Assembly (NCBI GenBank): GCA_964478995.1
Contig: CAYZJY010000005.1
Coordinates: 1 to 45,854 of the forward strand
Direction of reading: 5' to 3'
DNA: 45,854 bases
Source of the DNA: an uncultured bacterium
GTDB lineage: Bacteria; Fidelibacterota; Marinisomatia; Marinisomatales; UBA1611
Made by a program: the position numbers and the translations under genes. Of this stretch, positions 32,174-40,131 are shown piece by piece. Each line of letters opens with the position of its first letter. Position 1 is the stretch's first letter. The notes under the pieces are model-generated. The model was not told the DNA's origin. It did not search any database and saw nothing but the letters and a program-made list of their open reading frames with translations.

Positions 32174-33055
32174 ATGACGCATTCCTTAAAAGATTATGTT
32201 AACGTTATTATCGTTCTGCTAATAGGGGCAGTCGTTGCAATTGCCAGTGGGCAGAATGGATTGAATTATAATGGATGGCCAATAATACTAATTTGCATGA
32301 CGATCAGTTTCCTTATTCACTGGGTGGCTTTCATTCCAGCATATTTGGCTAGGACTGAAAAGTTTTATGATATCTCAGGTACAGTCGCTTATATATGTGT
32401 TCTGTTCTCAGCATCTTATCTAACCAAACTTGTTTCTGGTGGGGTTTTGAACACTAGATCCATATTAACGGTAGCATTGGTCTCCATCTGGGCCTTGCGA
32501 CTTGGTTTTTTCTTGTTCATCCGTGTACTAAAGACAGGTGAGGATCGAAGATTTCGAGAGGTAAAACAAAAATTCTCTGGCTTTCTTGTATGGTGGTCTC
32601 TTTCTGCGCTCTGGGTATTCCTAACCACAGTAAATGCATTGGTCATGATCATAAATAATGTAGAATACCATAATGATCCTTTTATGTATTTAGGTTTTAC
32701 AATATGGATTATCGGATTTTCTTTTGAGGTTATATCTGATGAACAGAAAAGAAGATTTAGATTGGAACCTATTAATAAAGATCGTTTTATTTCAACTGGG
32801 CTCTGGGGTGTATCAAGACATCCAAATTATTTTGGTGAGATATTGCTCTGGATAGGTATGGCTGTCATTGCGTATCCAACTTTACAGGGATGGCAACATA
32901 TGAGTTTGATATCCCCAATATTTATTTATGTTCTATTAACAAAAATGAGCGGGGTTAATCTGCTGGAACAACATGCGGAAAAAAAATGGGGAGGCAAAGA
33001 AGACTATGAAAAGTATAAACGCAATACGCCAGTCTTAATCCCATTCACAAAATAA
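32174..33055 (+). CDS. DUF1295 / steroid 5-alpha-reductase-like membrane protein
   Basis: EKFYDISG, WALRLG, EDRRF, TGLWGVSRHPNYFGE. Confidence 0.88.
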   Translation: MTHSLKDYVNVIIVLLIGAVVAIASGQNGLNYNGWPIILICMTISFLIHWVAFIPAYLARTEKFYDISGTVAYICVLFSASYLTKLVSGGVLNTRSILTVALVSIWALRLGFFLFIRVLKTGEDRRFREVKQKFSGFLVWWSLSALWVFLTTVNALVMIINNVEYHNDPFMYLGFTIWIIGFSFEVISDEQKRRFRLEPINKDRFISTGLWGVSRHPNYFGEILLWIGMAVIAYPTLQGWQHMSLISPIFIYVLLTKMSGVNLLEQHAEKKWGGKEDYEKYKRNTPVLIPFTK

Positions 33056-33633
33056 TGTTCAATTATAGAATTAATTTTACTATCATTTTATTATTATGTA
33101 TTTCCTTAAATGAAACCATGGCACTTGAAACACCAAAATATGCATTGATTGCCAGAGAAGATGGATTTGAAATAAGAGAATACCAGTCCATGATTATTGC
33201 GACCACAAGGGTCCAAAATGATTATAGAAATGCTACTTCAACTGGTTTTAGGCGAATAGCAAACTACATATTTGGTGGTAATTCAACTGGTATGAGCATC
33301 GAGATGACAGCGCCTGTGATTTCCAATGTGCCTGATGCAGATGACATATATGACATACAATTTGTCATGCCATCAGAGCATTCATTGGAAGATCTACCTC
33401 AACCAAATACTGAATATGTTTCTATAAAAGAGGTGAATCTAGGCAAGACAGCCGTTCTAAGGTTTGGTGGATGGGCGACTAGAGAAAGAGCATCATATTA
33501 TAAGGATAAATTGAGTGGCCTTATGACGATTAAAGGCTATGAGCCCAATGGGGTTTTTATGGTGGCACAGTATAATTCGCCTTGGGTGCTACCTCCATTT
33601 AGGAAAAATGAAATAATAGTTCGAATTAATTAG
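33055..33633 (+). CDS. SOUL heme-binding protein
   Basis: ETPKY, FEIREY, GFRRIANYIFGGN, IEMTAPV, YNSPW..PFRKNE. Confidence 0.9.
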   Translation: MFNYRINFTIILLLCISLNETMALETPKYALIAREDGFEIREYQSMIIATTRVQNDYRNATSTGFRRIANYIFGGNSTGMSIEMTAPVISNVPDADDIYDIQFVMPSEHSLEDLPQPNTEYVSIKEVNLGKTAVLRFGGWATRERASYYKDKLSGLMTIKGYEPNGVFMVAQYNSPWVLPPFRKNEIIVRIN

Positions 33634-33692
33634 TCCATAAAACCCAGTTTGATTACAATAGTTCATTTTAAATCATTTACTGGAATTGGAAT

Positions 33693-34169
33693 ATGTTATA
33701 TCAACAAAAAGTTATATTAAGAGATATCGATGTTTCAATTGTAATTCAATCTTTTCATGATAGAAGATTCGTTGAATTTCTAACATCATTTCAACCGGTA
33801 AAAATTAATAGTTGGGAAGGTATTGAGAATGGAAAAGAAGCCTCATTTTCATTTTGGTTTTTTGGCTGGAGAGATATAAAGGTTTCACATGACAATTATG
33901 TAGTTAATGATACGCACCTTCATTTTGAAGATAAAGGGCTTGAATTACCATTTGGATTTTCAAAATGGCATCACCATCACATAGTACGTCCATACAATAA
34001 TGGTGCAATGATTATTGATAAGGTGAATATGGATTCGAATGGCTTGTTAATTAGATATCTGACATACCCGATCATGCTATTTCCGATCTTCGTTAGAAGG
34101 ATCACCTATAAGATTTGGTTTTATTGGTTAAATAAAAATCTTCGCAACCAAGGCGATAGTAGAGAATAA
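33693..34169 (+). CDS. SRPBCC-like protein
   Basis: FEDKGLELPFGFSKWHHHH...IIDKV resembles the FxD...PF..WxHxH motif of SRPBCC proteins. Confidence 0.6.
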   Translation: MLYQQKVILRDIDVSIVIQSFHDRRFVEFLTSFQPVKINSWEGIENGKEASFSFWFFGWRDIKVSHDNYVVNDTHLHFEDKGLELPFGFSKWHHHHIVRPYNNGAMIIDKVNMDSNGLLIRYLTYPIMLFPIFVRRITYKIWFYWLNKNLRNQGDSRE

Positions 34170-34264
34170 ATACGTATCGATTACTATCACAACTCATCAA
34201 TATATGAAATGAAGAAGGGTGTTCGCCCAAGTTATGCCACTAGAATAAAGAACAAAAACTATCA

Positions 34265-35605
34265 ATGATAGATCCCAAGAGAATTCGTACGTTAAAAGCC
34301 GGTAAATTCACTGGTCATTCTGTTCTATACTGGATGAATAGAGATAAGAGAGTTGATGATAATTGGGCTCTGATTGCTGCTCAATCTCTTGCCTTAAAAA
34401 AACATGTCCCCCTCATTGTTTGTTTCCAATATGTTGGAAATTTTTTAGAAGCAAACATAAGACAATATGGATTCTTGTTCAAAGGATTGGAAGAGCTTAA
34501 GATAAAATTAAACAGATTGAACATAGAATTTGTATTGGTTCAGGATACCGCGCATAATGCTCTGCCAAGGATAATCCACGAAAGATCAGTAGGGAGCCTT
34601 ATTGTGGATCATAATCCACTAAAAGTATATCAAAAAAGACTTAATAATGTTTTAAAAAATATTGATGTTCCCGTTTATCAGGTAGATGCACATAATATTA
34701 TACCTGTATGGGTAACATCCCAGAAGAAAGAATATGCTGCATATACCATTCGGACAAAGATCCAATCAAATCTTGACCATTTTCTTACTGATTATCCTAA
34801 ACTAAAAATACATCCTTATGGGACTGCAAATGTTGAAGAAAGACCGTATGATAATATTATTGCTGATCTAAACATAGACCATGGAGTTAAAGAGGTTGAT
34901 TGGCTAATACCAGGTGAAATAGCAGCAAGAAAGAAGTTGGACTCATTATCAGATATATTGATTGGCTATAATGATAATCGAAATGATCCAAATAGAAAAG
35001 CCTTGAGCAATCTAAGTCCCTATTTTCATTTTGGGCATATATCGCCGCAAAGAGTGGCATTAGAAATAAAAGATTCATCTCTTAGCAATTCTGATAAAGA
35101 TGTTTTTCTTGAAGAGTTGATAGTCCGTAGGGAATTATCTGATAATTTTTGTGAGTATGAGCCCAGTTATGATTACTTTGAAGGATTCCATCCCTGGGCA
35201 AAAAAGACACTGAATCAACACCGTAAAGATAAGAGAGATTATTTATATCCAAGGGAACAATTTGAGCATGCAGAGACACATGACCCTCTTTGGAATGCAG
35301 CCCAAAATCAGATGAGGTTAGCGGGGAAGATGCATGGATACATGCGGATGTATTGGGCAAAAAAAATATTGGAATGGAGCCCTAGCCCTGAAATTGCATT
35401 GCAGGTAGCGATAGATCTTAATGATAAATACGAGTTAGATGGTAGAGACCCTAATGGTTATGCAGGTATTGCTTGGAGCATTGGTGGAGTACACGACCGG
35501 GCTTGGTTTGATAGACCCGTATATGGTAAGATAAGGTATATGAACTTTAATGGTTGTAAATCTAAGTTCAATGTGCAAAAGTATATTGAACTTTATGCTA
35601 CTTGA
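34265..35605 (+). CDS. phr: Class II CPD DNA photolyase
   Basis: YWMNRDKRVDDNWAL, VDAHNIIP, LSPYFHFG, EELIVRRELSDNF, GKMHGYMRMYWAKKILEW, DGRDPNGY. Confidence 0.95.
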   Translation: MIDPKRIRTLKAGKFTGHSVLYWMNRDKRVDDNWALIAAQSLALKKHVPLIVCFQYVGNFLEANIRQYGFLFKGLEELKIKLNRLNIEFVLVQDTAHNALPRIIHERSVGSLIVDHNPLKVYQKRLNNVLKNIDVPVYQVDAHNIIPVWVTSQKKEYAAYTIRTKIQSNLDHFLTDYPKLKIHPYGTANVEERPYDNIIADLNIDHGVKEVDWLIPGEIAARKKLDSLSDILIGYNDNRNDPNRKALSNLSPYFHFGHISPQRVALEIKDSSLSNSDKDVFLEELIVRRELSDNFCEYEPSYDYFEGFHPWAKKTLNQHRKDKRDYLYPREQFEHAETHDPLWNAAQNQMRLAGKMHGYMRMYWAKKILEWSPSPEIALQVAIDLNDKYELDGRDPNGYAGIAWSIGGVHDRAWFDRPVYGKIRYMNFNGCKSKFNVQKYIELYAT

Positions 35606-36243
35606 ACAAAAGACTGATCACAAAAACCTTGAACAGAGAAGATAGATCTCAATTTTGGGAAGATATCTATTTAGCAGATGATACCGGATGGGATCTTCAA
35701 GGTCCTACGCCGATCTTTACGGAATTAGCCAAGCAACTACCTAAAGGTGACCTATGTATCATTGGCTGTGGACGTGGATACGATGCAATCACATTTGCGA
35801 AGAGAGGATTTAATGTGACAGCTGTAGATTTTGCACCTTCTGCCATAAAATCACTCAAAAGGATGGTTGATCAAGAAAAAGTAAAGATCAACATACTCCA
35901 GAGAGACATATTTGACCTACTGCCAGAATATGAAAATGAATTCGACTACATCATAGAACAAACATGCTACTGTGCGATCCATCCCAGTCGCCGTGGTGAT
36001 TATGAGAAAATGGCTCAAGGGATTCTAAGGCCAGGTGGCCACCTAGTTGGGTTGTGGTTTCCACTTGACAAAGAATTAAATGAGGAAGGTCCACCTTATG
36101 GGACGACCATAAAGAAGGTCAAATCCAATTTTAATTTTAACTGGGATATCGTAAGAGAAGAATTCTCAGATCATTCAATTAAGCCGCGCAAAGATCGAGA
36201 AAAATTAATAATCTTCAGGAATATTTCTGGTGTCAATACATGA
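35602..36243 (+). CDS. TPMT/halide-methyltransferase-like SAM methyltransferase
   Basis: FWEDIY...TGWDL..PTP, GCGRGYDA, EQTCYCAIHP..R, GPPY. Confidence 0.82.
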   Translation: MNKRLITKTLNREDRSQFWEDIYLADDTGWDLQGPTPIFTELAKQLPKGDLCIIGCGRGYDAITFAKRGFNVTAVDFAPSAIKSLKRMVDQEKVKINILQRDIFDLLPEYENEFDYIIEQTCYCAIHPSRRGDYEKMAQGILRPGGHLVGLWFPLDKELNEEGPPYGTTIKKVKSNFNFNWDIVREEFSDHSIKPRKDREKLIIFRNISGVNT

Positions 36244-38180
36244 TCCATGACTTGAAAATAATCTTGAGGTTTTCAGTTCTTATTCCAATATTCATTTTTT
36301 TTGGTTGTCGGAGTCAAACCAATCTACCAAACATAATAATCATTTTTACAGATGACCAAGGGTATGGAGATCTAGGTTGCTATGGAGCGAAGGGCTTTGA
36401 GACTCCAAACATAGATGCCATGGCAGAAGACGGTATGCTTTTCACTGATTTTTACGTTTCTCAAGCAGTCTGTAGTGCTTCAAGAGCATCATTGATGACA
36501 GGGAGTTATGCTGAGAGGGTTGGAATTCAAGGTGCGCTTAGTCCGTGGGCTGTCAGTGGTTTAGACCCAAAAACAGAGACCATCGCAAAAACCCTAAAAC
36601 GACATGGATATACCAATGCGATCTTTGGCAAATGGCATTTAGGGCATAGATTAGAATATTTGCCACTCCAAAATGGTTTTGATGAATATTCAGGACTTAT
36701 ATGTTCAAATGACATGTGGCCAGTTGACTATGATGGAAATCCATTGGATGGACCAAAACGAAGTTATTATCCTCCCATGTCATTTTGGGAAGGAAATCAG
36801 CCAAAAAGTGAGATTGAGACACTAGAGGATCAGGCACAGATAACAAGGCAGATAACTGAATCATCAGTTGATTTCATAAATCGAAATAAGAAAAATCCTT
36901 TTTTCTTATATGTCCCTCATCCCATGCCTCATCAGCCCATTGCTGCATCAAAGAAGTTTAGAGGTAAGAGTGAACTAGGATTGTACGGTGATGTCATAAT
37001 GGAAATTGATTGGTCTGTAGGCGAAATAATGAAAGCATTAAAAGACAACGACATAGATGATAATACATTGGTCATTTTTACAAGTGATAATGGACCGTGG
37101 TTAAATTATGGAGAGTGGGGAGGATCTGCTGGTCCACTTAGAGAAGGGAAGGGTACAATGTGGGAAGGTGGTGCGAGAGTACCTTGTATCATGCGCTGGC
37201 CTGGTAAAATAGAGCCAGGACAGGTCATATCAAAAATTGCATCCACAATGGATATTTTCCCAACCATAGCAGATATTGTAGGAGATGAAAAAATAGGATA
37301 TGCAAATGATGGTTTCAGTTTAATGCCCATCCTAAATGGAAATAGTGACGCTAATCCAAGGAATGAACTTTTTTATTATTATGGTGAAAATTTAATTGCA
37401 GTCCGGAAGGGCAAGTGGAAATTGGTCTTTCCGCATTCATATCGATCGTATGAAGGTGTAGAGCCTGGGAAGAATCTTCACCCTGGTCCCTATAATAGAG
37501 GGAGATCCGGATTGGAACTTTATGATCTTGTTGGAGATATTGGAGAAAAGAATGATGTTGCGAGTTTGTTCCCCAATGTTGTGGCGGAACTAGAGCAACT
37601 CGGTGATATCGCACGGGAAAAATTTGGTGATAAATTGACCGGGGAAATTGGTAGTCAGTCCTATGCCACCATATGTGGAACTACACCAGAATACGTCAAA
37701 CTTGACAATAGAGCTTTTGGCCATGACATCATCTTAAAAAAATCAGCCAATAAAAAGTATCCTGGAGAAAGTTCTGATGCTTTGATCAATGGCAGGGGAG
37801 GTGGATTAAATTATCAAGACCCATCTTGGCAAGGTTTTGAGGCAGAGGACCTAATTGCCACAATTGACCTCGGGGAGACAAGAAATATCAATTCAGTAGA
37901 GGTAAGATTTTTGCAAAGTCAGGTGTTTTGGATTTTCTTACCAAAACGTATCGAAATAGAATATTCGGTCGATGGTGATAACTTTGAATCCATTTATGAT
38001 AATAGTCCGACCAATGATTTTAGTTTTGATCAGAAGATTTTTTCCTATAAGGCAGAGATTAATAAATTGAGTTCTCGGTATATAAGGGTCAAAGGTTATA
38101 ATCTCAATGCATGTCCTGATTATCATCCTGGCGCTGGTAAGCCCTGTTGGATATTCTCTGATGAGATCATCATCCAATGA
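36240..38180 (+). CDS. Arylsulfatase (S1) lipoprotein with C-terminal F5/8 type C (CBM32-like) domain
   Basis: Lipobox FFGC; PNIIIIFTDDQGYGD; CSASR formylglycine motif; GKWHLG; TSDNG; TIDLGE...RYIRV...WIFSDEI. Confidence 0.92.
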   Translation: MIHDLKIILRFSVLIPIFIFFGCRSQTNLPNIIIIFTDDQGYGDLGCYGAKGFETPNIDAMAEDGMLFTDFYVSQAVCSASRASLMTGSYAERVGIQGALSPWAVSGLDPKTETIAKTLKRHGYTNAIFGKWHLGHRLEYLPLQNGFDEYSGLICSNDMWPVDYDGNPLDGPKRSYYPPMSFWEGNQPKSEIETLEDQAQITRQITESSVDFINRNKKNPFFLYVPHPMPHQPIAASKKFRGKSELGLYGDVIMEIDWSVGEIMKALKDNDIDDNTLVIFTSDNGPWLNYGEWGGSAGPLREGKGTMWEGGARVPCIMRWPGKIEPGQVISKIASTMDIFPTIADIVGDEKIGYANDGFSLMPILNGNSDANPRNELFYYYGENLIAVRKGKWKLVFPHSYRSYEGVEPGKNLHPGPYNRGRSGLELYDLVGDIGEKNDVASLFPNVVAELEQLGDIAREKFGDKLTGEIGSQSYATICGTTPEYVKLDNRAFGHDIILKKSANKKYPGESSDALINGRGGGLNYQDPSWQGFEAEDLIATIDLGETRNINSVEVRFLQSQVFWIFLPKRIEIEYSVDGDNFESIYDNSPTNDFSFDQKIFSYKAEINKLSSRYIRVKGYNLNACPDYHPGAGKPCWIFSDEIIIQ

Positions 38181-38240
38181 TGCAATAATATCATTTAACA
38201 AACTTTAGACTCAATAAATTTTCATTTAACTTTCCTCACC

Positions 38241-39017
38241 ATGATAATGGAATTATCAATTGCTAAAGATGCTGCAGTTATTGCAGGAAACTTGATTCTT
38301 AAATACTATAAGGCTGACTACGAGATTAAAGATAAGGGCTATCATAATCCTGTAACAACTGCAGACCACGCTTCTGACGCATGTTTAAAAAAGATATTAA
38401 CAGAGGCTTATCCTGAATATGGATGGTTATCAGAAGAGACAGTCGATTCCAAAGAGAGATTGGAAATGGATAGGGTTTGGGTCGTTGACCCATTGGATGG
38501 TACAAAAGAATTTATTGAAGGTGTTCCTCACTTTGTTGTTAGCATTGCATTAGTTGAGAAAGGTAAACCAATTGTAGGTGTTCTTTATAACCCAGTTACC
38601 AAAGAGATGTTCTCCGCAGCGCATGGACAGGGTGCGACACTGAATGATAGATCTATTCAGTGCAGTTCAAAAGAAGATACTAGCGATATGGTCATACTCA
38701 ACAGTCGTTCAGAGACCAAAAGAGGATTATGGTCTCCCTATGCAGACACTTTCGCTGAATTGAAAGCCATTGGCTCAGTTGCATATAAACTTGGACTAAC
38801 TGCTTCAGGCGAAGCGGATATATTTGCATCTCTAAGCCCAAAGAATGAATGGGATATTTGTGCTGGTAATTGCATTATTAATGAGGCTGGAGGAAAGTTG
38901 ATCGATCTAAATGGTAAGCAGCGAAAGTACAATAAGGATGATACATTGATAGAACCAGGACTGATCGCTGGTGATGTATATGCTGTAGACAAAACATATT
39001 CTGTATTAGGGCAATAA
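38241..39017 (+). CDS. cysQ: Inositol monophosphatase family, CysQ-like 3'(2'),5'-bisphosphate nucleotidase
   Basis: PVTTAD, LSEE, WVVDPLDGTKEFI, EWDICAG. Confidence 0.8.
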   Translation: MIMELSIAKDAAVIAGNLILKYYKADYEIKDKGYHNPVTTADHASDACLKKILTEAYPEYGWLSEETVDSKERLEMDRVWVVDPLDGTKEFIEGVPHFVVSIALVEKGKPIVGVLYNPVTKEMFSAAHGQGATLNDRSIQCSSKEDTSDMVILNSRSETKRGLWSPYADTFAELKAIGSVAYKLGLTASGEADIFASLSPKNEWDICAGNCIINEAGGKLIDLNGKQRKYNKDDTLIEPGLIAGDVYAVDKTYSVLGQ

Positions 39018-39133
39018 TTGAGGGTGTTAGGGCCTTAAGAGAAACCGCTGAACTCATAAAAAATAATGATAGATTAGAGCCCCTTTTTCTACCTTTTAGA
39101 GATGGGGTCATGGTATATAGGAAAATCAATTAG
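39017..39133 (+). pseudogene. 3' remnant of a caffeoyl-CoA-type O-methyltransferase gene
   Basis: The gap translates IEGVRALRETAELIKNNDRLEPLFLPFRDGVMVYRKIN*, resembling the Methyltransf_3 C-terminus (DxR...LPxRDG...RK). An in-frame TGA at 38972 and the lack of a start codon leave no N-terminal part. Confidence 0.65.
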
Positions 39134-39142
39134 AGATCAAAT

Positions 39143-40105
39143 ATGTCAAATATTCCTGAAGATGCAATAAAATGTTTAGATAAAGGTTTTGTCCGATTGG
39201 TAGATGCAATGGGTGGAGATGATGCAATTGTGCAAGCCGCCCGAGTCAGTTATGGCAAAGGTACTGCAAAGGTATCCCAAGATAGAGGTTTGATCCGATA
39301 TCTAATGCGCCATAGGCATACGACACCATTTGAAATGGTAGAATTCAAATTTCATTGCAAGATGCCAATATTTGTGGCACGCCAATGGGTCAGGCACAGG
39401 ACGGCAAACATCAATGAATATTCTTTAAGGTATTCAGAGGCTAGAGATGAATTTTATTTTCCGGAACCTGAAAATATCCAATTTCAAAGTGCACTGAACA
39501 AACAGGGTAGATTGGGTGAGGTTTCAGATGAGTTGAAAAATAAGGTTCGTAATTATTTTGAAGAGATCTCAAATAGGAGTTTTGAAATATATTCTGAATT
39601 GAATGACGCTGGTGTCGCACGAGAATTGGCAAGAGCGATTCTTCCTGTAAACCTATATACAGAATGGTATTGGAAGAATGATCTACATAATCTTCTTCAT
39701 TTCATAGGTTTACGCTCAGATAGTCATGCTCAGTACGAAATTCGAGTGTTCTCAGATGCCATGGCAGAGTCAGTAAAGGCTGTTGCGCCTTTTGCTTGGG
39801 AAGCATACCAGGATTATGTAGTAAGTGGGCTTAGGTTTTCTAGGATTGAACAGGGCCTTCTTGAACAAAATCTACCAGATCGTGTTATTGAAGATATGCA
39901 AGAAGACATAGTATATCAGATAACAGCCTCTTTGCATAATAATAAACCACGTGAAGATCATGAATTATTTCCTCTTTACCAAAAGCAGGGCGGACAAGAT
40001 TCTGACGAGGATTTTAAGTTAAAATGGGATTCGGGAGAGATTCTAGTAGGTAATGTCCGGGAACTTCGAGAATTCAAGGAAAAATTATCATCCTTGAAGA
40101 ATTAA
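39143..40105 (+). CDS. thyX: Flavin-dependent thymidylate synthase
   Basis: AARVSY, HTTPFE, RQWVRHRTANINEYSLRY (RHRx7S), ELAR, HAQYEIR. Confidence 0.96.
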   Translation: MSNIPEDAIKCLDKGFVRLVDAMGGDDAIVQAARVSYGKGTAKVSQDRGLIRYLMRHRHTTPFEMVEFKFHCKMPIFVARQWVRHRTANINEYSLRYSEARDEFYFPEPENIQFQSALNKQGRLGEVSDELKNKVRNYFEEISNRSFEIYSELNDAGVARELARAILPVNLYTEWYWKNDLHNLLHFIGLRSDSHAQYEIRVFSDAMAESVKAVAPFAWEAYQDYVVSGLRFSRIEQGLLEQNLPDRVIEDMQEDIVYQITASLHNNKPREDHELFPLYQKQGGQDSDEDFKLKWDSGEILVGNVRELREFKEKLSSLKN

Positions 40106-40131
40106 AATGATCTAATTGAAGTAATCTGCCC

